From: Candidatus Zixiibacteriota bacterium
GTDB taxonomy: Bacteria > Zixibacteria > MSB-5A5 > RBG-16-43-9
Assembly: GCA_030692925.1 (NCBI GenBank)
Contig: JAUYBY010000101.1
Location: forward strand, 3,663 to 67,662
DNA: 64,000 bases
Direction of reading: 5' to 3'
Program-made: the position numbers and the translations under genes
The notes under the pieces: generated by a model
Database searches by the model: none
What the model saw: only the letters and a program-made list of their open reading frames with translations
Told to the model about the DNA's origin: nothing
Part shown: positions 40,384-49,395 of the stretch, piece after piece
Layout of the letters: each line of letters opens with the position of its first letter
How positions within the stretch are numbered: the first letter of the stretch is position 1

Positions 40384-40592
40384 TAAAAGTTCCATTAATA
40401 GGTAAGTATGAAGGTCAGTATGCATTGGTAGATGATCAGGATGTGTGGGTACTAAAATTTAGATGGTTTGGGAAGACGGATAGGCCGAATCTTATCTACG
40501 CTTCAGTTTCTACGAGGAAAGAAGGACTAAATAAGGCACGGCTGGAAACCCGCAGTGAATTTCTAAGAATACTGGCCAATAAGAGAAGCTGA
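40380..40592 (+). pseudogene. Truncated phage HNH-type endonuclease N-terminus
   Basis: IKVPL...GQYALVDDQD...KFRW resembles the N-terminus of phage HNH/AP2 endonucleases; no HNH motif follows. Confidence 0.55.
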
Positions 40593-41200
40593 AAATTTTC
40601 TGCCACTGTGTATATCTAATAGAGAATATTATTTGATTTTTCGTTTTTTACTGGTACTGAATTACACACAGCGTCAGATTCTTTTCAGGTAGGGGTGAAT
40701 GTGATTTGAAGCTATGTGCTGGGTGATTCCGATAAAAGAAGCACAAAAATAGGGCAGAAATCTACAGAATTGAGCGTGGAATAGGTCAAACAAGCTGATA
40801 GAAGTTAATCCTCAAGCCTAATCTCAAGAAGATCCTGTATTCTTCATAACTTCTTGACTTAGATGGTCTTATCGGCAAATAAGTGCTGATCCATGAGGGT
40901 CTTTGGGCCCTGCTATTACACTGGAGAATAACCTTTTTTTATGGCTGCGGAGTAATATACATCGGTGTATCAACGCCTCATAACCTGTGGTAGATAGAAT
41001 GGGCATTCTATTAACCCAAAAGAGACCTCTGCTGGATATCAAGAGTAATATACACGTGTAGATTCATCTCCAGAAGCTGATAAGCTAATAGACCCCGGGA
41101 AGAACCTGGAACTGGGTCTAAAGGTGCAATAAAAGTAATGGTAGACTCCGAAAAGCTGAGGAATTTGATATAAGTGATGGACTTAGGAGTAGTTATCGAA

Positions 41201-41226
41201 TTGCACTCTATATACATTTAATGCAA
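41201..41226. other. Putative tyrosine-recombinase core or operator site
   Basis: TTGCACTCTA-TATACA-TTTAATGCAA: imperfect 10-bp inverted arms around a 6-bp spacer, directly before the recombinase RBS. Confidence 0.6.
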
Positions 41227-41241
41227 TAAGGAGTAAAACAT

Positions 41242-41805
41242 ATGAATTACGAAAAACTACCCAAGTATTTAACTCAGGAGCAAGTCAAGACATTCTTCTC
41301 CAAAATAACTCAAAAGAGAGACTATGCTCTATTTGGAGTAATCTACAAATATGGTTTGAGGGTTTCTGAAGCTTCCTTCCTGAATTTAGAGGACATAGAC
41401 CTTGAAAGAAGGAAAATCAGGATTACCAGAGCCAAAGGTGGAATCTCAGGAGAAAGGACTATCTTCCCGGATTTACTGAATAAGCTGAAAGCTTATCTAA
41501 TGGAAAGAAAAGATAATAGTCCTGCTTTATTCACTGGAAAGAGGGGAAGACTAAAGAAAAGGATGATTCAAGCTCTTTTTTACAGGTACGCTAAAGAAGC
41601 AAATCTTGAAAGATATAGCATTCATTGTCTGAGACATTCTATCGCTGTTCATCTCTTAGAAGATGGCCAGGGAATCGAATTTGTGCAGGATCAATTAGGA
41701 CACAGAAATATCAAAAATACTCTGATTTACTCGAAAATTACCAATCCAAGGAGGGAAGAAATTTATAGGGAGTTGGAGAATTCGAGGAAGGTTGTGAAAA
41801 TTTGA
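41242..41805 (+). CDS. Small tyrosine recombinase (catalytic domain only, FimB/FimE-sized)
   Basis: YGLRVSE, RAKGG, HCLRHS, LGHRNIKNTLIY; AAGGAG RBS. Confidence 0.92.
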   Translation: MNYEKLPKYLTQEQVKTFFSKITQKRDYALFGVIYKYGLRVSEASFLNLEDIDLERRKIRITRAKGGISGERTIFPDLLNKLKAYLMERKDNSPALFTGKRGRLKKRMIQALFYRYAKEANLERYSIHCLRHSIAVHLLEDGQGIEFVQDQLGHRNIKNTLIYSKITNPRREEIYRELENSRKVVKI

Positions 41806-42413
41806 ATTATAGAACTGGGTTATCTGTGCAGCTAACGAGAGATATTCAGAGTTGACGAAAGCAGAAACACTTAACAGAATTGCAAACCAACTCCATGGTT
41901 CTCGCAGCTGAGTCAAGCACTAACAATGACCCGACAGAACTTTCAATAATCAAAACAAAATAATCAAGCAGTCAAGACAAAAATATTCAAAACCAAGAAG
42001 AATCGTTGAAGAAAAAATATCCAAGTGGAAGAGCAAAGAATATATGATCGGAGAAAACTAAAAGAACCCATCTGTCTAGTGCAATGTGCAGGGGATATGT
42101 GTCCTAACCTCCAATGAACAAAAGTCACTGAATCAGTTGACTCGATTGCTTATTGCCTAGTGATTTCCATCACCTATCATCCATACTGTTGAAAAGTTAT
42201 TAATTTCAACCCTAAGGGGGATCCAAGACCTACATCATAAACTTCTAGTCACGGGAATGGATCAACTCTATCCCTTTTTTCAGGATTTTTGCTACAGGTA
42301 AAAACGAGCTCAGCCCAATGTCAAATCGTGACCAAGTATTTGTTGTATTAAAATCGGTAGATTAAGAACTTAGCTGGTACGACATTTGACGACCCTTTGT
42401 AAAAGAAAGCTAT

Positions 42414-43331
42414 TTATTCATGCACTTCCTTATCTATAAACTGACTATGCCCTCCCTCGGGTACGTAAATATGGAATTTATGTGTTAGCAGTTTTGTTAT
42501 CCAGTTGAATAAGTTTTTTTGAAGTTCTTTAACCTCTTTTCTATATGGTTTTGGGTCATCCAGAAGAGAATCATGAATTTCCTTTGATAGTTCGCCAAAA
42601 CTCTTCCTCCCTATTAACGTCTTTTCCAACCATTTTATCACAGTTGAAGTCTCGAAGCTGCGTGATATTTCTTCAAAGTTTAGACAAGAGGGAACGATGT
42701 TCAACAACTTAACATCGTGCTCCGCAAATTCCGTTACCTGATCATGTAGTAACTCTTCTGGATCCTCGCAGAATGGAAAGTCATTTACAAATATACCTTG
42801 AGGCAACTTCCTTACTTCTTTGATTCTCGATTCATTCCAATCTGATGTTTCTTTGTCCGTGAGTTGCATGCTAAGTTCATTTAACAAAGCCTGATCGATG
42901 ATTTCTGAGTTTTTAATTATTGAATTTACGAAAAATATATCATCAGGTCTTACCTTTTCAGGACATGATAGGCATTCTATGTTGAACTGCATGTTGCCTA
43001 TTCCTAAACCTCTGCCAGTCATATTGGCACTACCAAACAATAATACCCCTTTATCGATCATGTACAATTTCGCATGAAGGTTTGAATTCCGAAATACCCT
43101 ACCTTTGCGTTGTGATACAATATCCGCAACACCGAGATCACTAGAGCCGCTTAAAATATCATATTTGCTCCACCTTGTAACTAGAGAAATTGTCACACGA
43201 CTTGAAATATCCTGCAATAGGTAGGTTGTTGCTTCAGACGTAGTAAAAGCTGATACAATAATAATCTCCGATTCTGCATCATCAAAAAGCTCTTTCAGTA
43301 AGCTTGCAGAATCACCGTAATGAATTGGCAT
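42414..43331 (-). CDS. PLD-family (single HKD) nuclease
   Basis: IIIVSAF, LHAKLYMID, GSANMTGRG. Confidence 0.85.
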   Translation of the reverse strand: MPIHYGDSASLLKELFDDAESEIIIVSAFTTSEATTYLLQDISSRVTISLVTRWSKYDILSGSSDLGVADIVSQRKGRVFRNSNLHAKLYMIDKGVLLFGSANMTGRGLGIGNMQFNIECLSCPEKVRPDDIFFVNSIIKNSEIIDQALLNELSMQLTDKETSDWNESRIKEVRKLPQGIFVNDFPFCEDPEELLHDQVTEFAEHDVKLLNIVPSCLNFEEISRSFETSTVIKWLEKTLIGRKSFGELSKEIHDSLLDDPKPYRKEVKELQKNLFNWITKLLTHKFHIYVPEGGHSQFIDKEVHE

Positions 43332-43350
43332 CTTGTTTCTGATTTAGATT

Positions 43351-45000
43351 TCATTCACTCCAGTAATCTTCAAAGTACTCGTAAAGCAAGTCTTGATCTG
43401 GGAAACCAATAATATTATCCCTTACATCAATGATCTTGCATTTGTCAGTCCCCCCAATCGCTGGACCTCGTATTCCTCGCCCAATCATTTGACTGTACAG
43501 AACCAAAGAAGCAGTTGGACGAGAAATAAAAACCACATCCGTTTGAGGTGCATCAAATCCTGTAGACAAAACACCATAATTGCATAAAACTCTAATATTC
43601 CCAGAACGAAAATCATCAATGATCTTCTTTCGCATATGAACAGGGGTGTCTCCATCTATGTGAGCTGCATAATAACCAAGATATAATAATACAGAACAAA
43701 TAAATTTCGAATGGTCAACGCTGCAGGCGAAAAACAATATTCTAGAACTGCTCTTTAGCTCTATGTCAATTCTTTTTATGATTTCAAGATTTCGAAGGTC
43801 ATCTTTGCCTAGATTAATCAGAAATCCAGAAGGAAGATCATATAGCGTTTCCAAGTTCTTACGCTCTTTTGCAGTTAACTCATATGTTCTATTAGTAAGC
43901 AAAGGCTCAAGGCTAATCTTAGCCAATATCTGCTTCTCGCGCAACCATTCAATGACTGATTTGGCTTCAGGTGGAGTTATTGATATGATTCTTTTAAAAA
44001 AGAAAGAAGCTAGTTCCTCATTTTCCTCTAATTCAGATGAACTTCTTCCAGGAGTTGCTGTTAGTCCAATAACCTGAGTATCTGATCCCATTAATGCTTT
44101 GGTTACTTCCTTATAAGTCGGGGCAATTACTTTATGTGCTTCGTCCACAACAATCAACTTAACCCGCTCCTTAATTTCATTGAATGGAACCCTATTACGT
44201 CTTAATAGAGAATAGAGCCCCTGGAAACTAGCCACTATAAAGCTTGTATGGTTTGATTCATAGGGTAGGGTGCTATTTCTTCCCCAGCACCTATATAGGT
44301 AAATAGGACGATCTGCCACGTGCACCCAAACATCTTTAAAACACTCAAGTGATTGCTCACAAAGTTCTTGAGAATGAGCAAGCCAAAGAATGATTCCATT
44401 ATTGCCTATATTTTTTATCTGTTGCGTCACGATTTCCATAGAAGTCCTGGTCTTTCCTGACCCGGTAGGCATCTGTATTACAAATCTCGAACGTGGCTTT
44501 GTCAACTCTATCATGGAACTACTAAAGACTGAGTATTGATAGTCCATCAAGGACTTGAAGGGTTTCATAATTGGTGTAAGAAATTCGCACGTTGGGTAAT
44601 CTGCCCGTTTAACAGGCATAAAGTGATCGGGTAAGTGGGCCCATTTCAAAAAATCTCTACAAAACTCTTCCTTTTGCCAGCCGAGAAAGACTAATTGACT
44701 TATGCTCTCATCAAATGTTTTATTCTCATCATAATATCCCAGAGTTTTACAGAGATCCTGCAATTTTTCCTTTGGTAGCTGATTAAGAAGTGTGAACATG
44801 AACTTTTTATCGCTTAAAATATCTGACGGAGCAAAGGCATTAAAGAGCTTGATAAGGTTTTCTTTTCTGAATAGTTCTGTTGGGTCATGATCCTCACCCA
44901 ACAAAATGGGTACTAAGGTTTCAAACCTATCAAAGCTCTGTTCGCCAATTATGCCCTCCAATTGTCGTTTATTTAAGAACTGCCAAATCATGAGGCTCAA
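43351..45000 (-). CDS. SF2 (ResIII-like DEAH) helicase
   Basis: MPTGSGKT, VDEAH, GLTATP, LSTGFDAP, QMIGRGIRG. Confidence 0.93.
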   Translation of the reverse strand: MSLMIWQFLNKRQLEGIIGEQSFDRFETLVPILLGEDHDPTELFRKENLIKLFNAFAPSDILSDKKFMFTLLNQLPKEKLQDLCKTLGYYDENKTFDESISQLVFLGWQKEEFCRDFLKWAHLPDHFMPVKRADYPTCEFLTPIMKPFKSLMDYQYSVFSSSMIELTKPRSRFVIQMPTGSGKTRTSMEIVTQQIKNIGNNGIILWLAHSQELCEQSLECFKDVWVHVADRPIYLYRCWGRNSTLPYESNHTSFIVASFQGLYSLLRRNRVPFNEIKERVKLIVVDEAHKVIAPTYKEVTKALMGSDTQVIGLTATPGRSSSELEENEELASFFFKRIISITPPEAKSVIEWLREKQILAKISLEPLLTNRTYELTAKERKNLETLYDLPSGFLINLGKDDLRNLEIIKRIDIELKSSSRILFFACSVDHSKFICSVLLYLGYYAAHIDGDTPVHMRKKIIDDFRSGNIRVLCNYGVLSTGFDAPQTDVVFISRPTASLVLYSQMIGRGIRGPAIGGTDKCKIIDVRDNIIGFPDQDLLYEYFEDYWSE

Positions 45001-45639
45001 TCAACCTTCATCTAAGTAGTTTTGCAGAATAGTACCCCAATTAAATAATAAGGTGTCTAGGTAGTTATCGGGTGGCATATCAGAAGAGTTGTCAAATAAT
45101 CTCTGCGACCTTGAAAAAGCAAGAAGCAATGAGTTCATTATTTCCAGTAATTCTCTTGATATTCGTTCCCCATTTGACACACTTCTATCATTAAGCAACT
45201 GAACCCTTAGATTATTCAGCCTATTATAAAATGCGTGGCCAGTATTTAGGATAATTTTATCGCGCCCTCCTTGCCCCTCCGTCAAGAAAAACAGAGGACT
45301 TCTTAACTCTGACTCTTCGTAGATGTAATCCCGTGGGTCATTCCTAGCCTTAACAATAGCACTTTTTTGGATGCTCACATCTTTTGAAACTCCTTTTGAG
45401 GTTTCGCATCGCTTATCGAGCCATTCTCTTATCACTTCTTCGTGCTGTGTAAGAATATTCTGGACTACTGCGAAAGTCTTTTCAGCTAAAGAAATCCCCT
45501 TTCTAGTGGCTATCAGCTTCTTACTTTTAGTATCATAAAAATGCTTACGTATATCTAAGGTACGTATACCCTTAAATTCGGATAATTGGAAGACAAGGGT
45601 AGATTTCTTGGTGCCTACGGCTGCTAGAATCTTGTTCAT
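45001..45639 (-). CDS. PC4-like ssDNA-binding domain fused to a MORC-C-terminus-like domain
   Basis: LSEFKGIRTLDIRKHF...ATRKGISL matches the PC4 consensus; C-terminal half aligns by eye with the neighbouring MORC C-terminus. Confidence 0.8.
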   Translation of the reverse strand: MNKILAAVGTKKSTLVFQLSEFKGIRTLDIRKHFYDTKSKKLIATRKGISLAEKTFAVVQNILTQHEEVIREWLDKRCETSKGVSKDVSIQKSAIVKARNDPRDYIYEESELRSPLFFLTEGQGGRDKIILNTGHAFYNRLNNLRVQLLNDRSVSNGERISRELLEIMNSLLLAFSRSQRLFDNSSDMPPDNYLDTLLFNWGTILQNYLDEG

Positions 45640-47333
45640 TTCCTCTCACCCTCCTCATGAAGCCAGGTATCCAAATAGCTATTTAAGTAAAAACCCCAGT
45701 TCAGCCTAAGGGTTTCAATGAATCTATCAGCAGTCCAAGTTTGACCGCTTTCGAATTTTGCCTCTGCCTTTGAGTAAGATATTAATAATAAATCGATAAG
45801 ACTCTTTAGCTTCCTGGACTCTACCGTGCTTTCACCTGAGATTTCTAACCTGCCAACTATCTTGTAAAGGGTTTCCATGAACAGATGCCTGCAGTTATAC
45901 ATGATAACATCAGACCCCCCTAAGTGATTCGTCTCAAAAAACTCCGGCCCTTTCCAATCTTCATCAATAATTGTAAAAGGTTGGCTAGAAAACTTGATGG
46001 CCCAAGCGGCCTTCTTTTGCTCTGATTCATCCTTTTTGACTTCATCAACAAGTTTCTTCGCCTCTTCGTCTCGAACCTTGTCTTTATCAATTGCACTTTT
46101 ATCAGTTTTGGTTAAAGCGGCAGTATTTTCTGCTTCCTCATGGCCGGTTAATAGGCCTTCTCCACTTTCTTCCCTTTGTTTTTTTCTCGCATCGATATCT
46201 GCTTCTGCCCAGACATCCCTAACTTTCTCTACAGCCGTTTTTCTAGTTGGGGTAATCTGTTCATATATCGCTTGTTTTAGCTCGGGCGCAGGAACGGCAC
46301 CTCGTTTTATATTTTTCACCGTAAATGCTCGATCTAAACAAGCTTTAAATGAAATTTCGCAACCCCACCATCTGTCGATTTCGGTGAATTTTTCTCCAGG
46401 CCAATAGGGGATATGTCCAAAAAACACTTCGCGATCATTCCTGAGAATTGTAATTCCTTCATTTCTGTCAATATATCTTATCCTAGCTATGTGTGATCCT
46501 CCAGAACCTTTTTGAGGTCGAAAACTCTCATCTATTAGACTCATACGAATTTCGATTGTGGATTCATCTGGTGCACCAGGAGGTTTATCAATATTAGGAA
46601 CCGGCCAATTCATCTTTATGGGTTGATATTCATATGCAGGGGGGTCGTCAGGGAACGCAGTGTTCTTTGTTGTCACGTATAGAGGATCGATAGCTTTTAC
46701 CTCCTCACCATTCACCTCAATCTTGAATCCCTTCCAAATAAACTTGCGATAAGCACGACCAAACCATATTTTCATTTCTTGAAGTATCTCATCGGCATCA
46801 CAAGGTTGCCTGTCGTATTTTTCCCAAACTACGATGGTTCCTGATTTTTCACCTGTTAGCCTTTGATAATCCCTGGGCAATTCCCTTACACGAGGCTCTG
46901 GGATATGTTCCATTTTAGGGGGTTCCGAAGTAATCTCATCAAGATCAACATATGTCCATAACCAACTCTCACTATTCTTTTCTTTTGAGAATATTTCTAC
47001 CCGCCGACATTGATTGATGGCTGCCAAGGTCATACCAACTCCAAACCGTCCTATTCCTGATCTATCGTTATAACGGGTCGAATATCCAAGCTGCATACAT
47101 CTATGTAAAACATCTGCTCGCATTCCGTAACCATCGTCACCAAAGACTATTCTTTCGACAACACCATAAGAATTCTTTCTTCCTGTTATAGTGTAGAGTA
47201 ACTTGATTTTTACAACGGTAGCATCTGCTTGTATGGAATTGTCTACAACTTCTCCATATGCGCTATATGTGTCAAAATCCGAATTTCTCATTGATAATAA
47301 CGCCGTGGCTTCATTGACGAGCCTGACATCCAT
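45636..47333 (-). CDS. MORC-type GHKL ATPase
   Basis: EVVDNSIQA, DDGYGM, GIGRFGVGM, SGTIVVW; S5-like region with GITILRNDREV. Confidence 0.88.
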   Translation of the reverse strand: MDVRLVNEATALLSMRNSDFDTYSAYGEVVDNSIQADATVVKIKLLYTITGRKNSYGVVERIVFGDDGYGMRADVLHRCMQLGYSTRYNDRSGIGRFGVGMTLAAINQCRRVEIFSKEKNSESWLWTYVDLDEITSEPPKMEHIPEPRVRELPRDYQRLTGEKSGTIVVWEKYDRQPCDADEILQEMKIWFGRAYRKFIWKGFKIEVNGEEVKAIDPLYVTTKNTAFPDDPPAYEYQPIKMNWPVPNIDKPPGAPDESTIEIRMSLIDESFRPQKGSGGSHIARIRYIDRNEGITILRNDREVFFGHIPYWPGEKFTEIDRWWGCEISFKACLDRAFTVKNIKRGAVPAPELKQAIYEQITPTRKTAVEKVRDVWAEADIDARKKQREESGEGLLTGHEEAENTAALTKTDKSAIDKDKVRDEEAKKLVDEVKKDESEQKKAAWAIKFSSQPFTIIDEDWKGPEFFETNHLGGSDVIMYNCRHLFMETLYKIVGRLEISGESTVESRKLKSLIDLLLISYSKAEAKFESGQTWTADRFIETLRLNWGFYLNSYLDTWLHEEGERK

Positions 47334-47360
47334 ATTATACCCTCCAATATCTCAATTGGT

Positions 47361-48587
47361 TTATGTTGGCAGCATACTTGATTGTTTCATTACTATATAC
47401 TTATCTAAAAAGTCCAATCCTTCCTCGAAATTATCGAAATCTGCATCTGAAATCTCGTGGAGCATTTTAAAGTATCTGGCAACTTCTTTGTCTGTAAGGG
47501 ATTTTTCGTCTACAAAGATTATAATTTTGCCTAAAGCCTTCGCAAAACCTAACTCACTCGCCAAAGCAAATCCACTTGGGTTATCTGCTTCGAGATAAGC
47601 AAAAATACAATCACAGTTTTTTATTGCCTCTAAATCCCAAAACGTGTATTCCTTTTCGCCCTGGAAACCGTGACTCCTAGGATCCAAAAAATGTATATTT
47701 GGGTATCTGTTGATAATTGCGTCTTGCCACTTAGTGTAAAATCCTCCTGCTAGGTAGATTGACAATTTCTTTTTCTGATCAATGACATTAACCCTGTTAT
47801 GTTGCATATTTTTCGATGCTGAAAGCTCTTTAACATTATTAGAACTATGAGCCTTTGACCTAAGTCTTGCTAAGGCCATTGGAAATGGCACTCTCATTGC
47901 TCTTGAATAGAATTCGTACCTTCTTGCAATGAAAAACAAGGATAAAACAGCTGGGATTAACAGGCTTAAAATATTTAGTTCAAAGTTTACAGATATTATG
48001 CTGAATCTGTGTAATAAGTATATGCCAAGTTGAATTATCACCATCATTATTAAAATTGTTGAGATACCCAAATTGAAGAGCGATATAAACATGAATCTAT
48101 GGACTATATGGATATCGTCACTAGCAATCGTCATTGCGATGCTTCTCATAGAATGAACGACTGTTTTGTTTGATGTCTCTGATCGTTGATTACCGACATC
48201 AAGCTGCATTAGATCACGAAATGCTCTGAAATCATCACTTTCGATAATGCTTCCAAGTAGTTCATCGTCTGATTTTAAATTCCAGGATTTTGGTATAAGA
48301 AACTTAAAAGCTCTTACCTTTTTTTGCAGGTTGATGAGATAATTTCCGAGGTTGATAATAACTACATTCCCAAAACTTATTACAAAATGACCCGATATAT
48401 AGCTCAATAATATCATCAGGAACCATTCAAATGAACTTGAAGGCGGAAATAATGAGAGAACACCAATTCTAACAGGCGAACCCAAGATATACGACAAAGA
48501 CAGCACTAATAACAAACCAGGAACAAGGGTTCCTATGATCTCATTAAAAAATCTTTCTAGTGTCTCGATTAGCTCACTTGACCTCAT
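47361..48587 (-). CDS. Multi-TM protein fused to a nucleoside 2-deoxyribosyltransferase-like domain
   Basis: About four TM helices; C-terminal IYLAGG...DPR...WDLEAIKNCD...ELGFAKALGK. Confidence 0.75.
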   Translation of the reverse strand: MRSSELIETLERFFNEIIGTLVPGLLLVLSLSYILGSPVRIGVLSLFPPSSSFEWFLMILLSYISGHFVISFGNVVIINLGNYLINLQKKVRAFKFLIPKSWNLKSDDELLGSIIESDDFRAFRDLMQLDVGNQRSETSNKTVVHSMRSIAMTIASDDIHIVHRFMFISLFNLGISTILIMMVIIQLGIYLLHRFSIISVNFELNILSLLIPAVLSLFFIARRYEFYSRAMRVPFPMALARLRSKAHSSNNVKELSASKNMQHNRVNVIDQKKKLSIYLAGGFYTKWQDAIINRYPNIHFLDPRSHGFQGEKEYTFWDLEAIKNCDCIFAYLEADNPSGFALASELGFAKALGKIIIFVDEKSLTDKEVARYFKMLHEISDADFDNFEEGLDFLDKYIVMKQSSMLPT

Positions 48588-48594
48588 AAGATAT

Positions 48595-49395
48595 CTACAA
48601 GTAACATATTAGACAGGGAGGATCTGAACCTTCATCTTCCAGCATTTTTTCCAGAGCTTCAGCAAGAGTTTTGCCTTTCGATTCTGATGACTTTCTGACA
48701 AGCGTTTTCTCAAAATCTTCGAGTATTTGCTCTCTTCTCTGAATCAGCTCACTCAGTGATTCCCCTTGATTCCAATAGAAAGTACGACCATCACCGTGTG
48801 ATGTCTCATATCTCATGGCCTCTTTAAAAAGATCCGGATGCTCCTCAGCTAACCTAATCCATTCGTACTTTCTCTGAAAAAAACAGAAATAGCATCCCGA
48901 CCGAGATCTCCAACGATAATAGCTAGGCATACCTATACCGCTATCTCCAAGCAGACGAAAGATGTCTTTCTTAACAAGACCTGCCTCTTTAAATGGGTAG
49001 ACTGGCTTGATATTCGGTTTAGTGGATATGTAGCCAGTTCGATCTTCGTCTGCTCTAATTCCTATATAACTGAAAATCGTATCATCGCCAGCGTACTTCT
49101 CAAAGGGAACAATTTTCAACTGTTTTGTGCACCATCGAGCTTTAACCGAAGGCAAATACCCACCATATACCTGTAACCAGTGATCAAAGCCTCGTTCAGA
49201 GCTCAAATGCGTGATCTTTATACCTAATCTAGCTTCCAAGCGCACAAGGAATTCGTAAGTTTCGGGCAGTTCTTTGTGAGTGTCGCAAAACACGTATTCC
49301 AGCTGTGGAACTTTTTTGTGCATATAAACGGCCAAAGCCGCACTATCCTTACCACCCGAGAGAGATAGTATGTGGCGAACCTTCTCTTTAGTCAT
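48595..49395 (-). CDS. PAPS reductase-family protein (SspD-like)
   Basis: SLSGGKDS PP-loop, RWCT..LK, GIRADE, RSGCYFCFFQ, terminal CLIC. Confidence 0.88.
   Translation of the reverse strand: MTKEKVRHILSLSGGKDSAALAVYMHKKVPQLEYVFCDTHKELPETYEFLVRLEARLGIKITHLSSERGFDHWLQVYGGYLPSVKARWCTKQLKIVPFEKYAGDDTIFSYIGIRADEDRTGYISTKPNIKPVYPFKEAGLVKKDIFRLLGDSGIGMPSYYRWRSRSGCYFCFFQRKYEWIRLAEEHPDLFKEAMRYETSHGDGRTFYWNQGESLSELIQRREQILEDFEKTLVRKSSESKGKTLAEALEKMLEDEGSDPPCLICYL

Larger units (their letters stand above)
33623..40592 (+). mobile_element. Phage early-gene-like fragment
   Basis: About 20 short, tightly coupled plus-strand ORFs with strong GGAGG RBSs, Zn-ribbon proteins, a recombinase, a RuvB-like ATPase and a truncated HNH-type gene; no structural genes. 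Confidence 0.7.

Noticed and set aside
33623-40592. Intact prophage
   Set aside because: No terminase, capsid, tail or lysis cassette, and the block ends in a truncated gene.
33541-40606. CTGCCAC as a target-site duplication around the phage fragment
   Set aside because: Only 7 bp, expected by chance, and the junctions are not precisely known.
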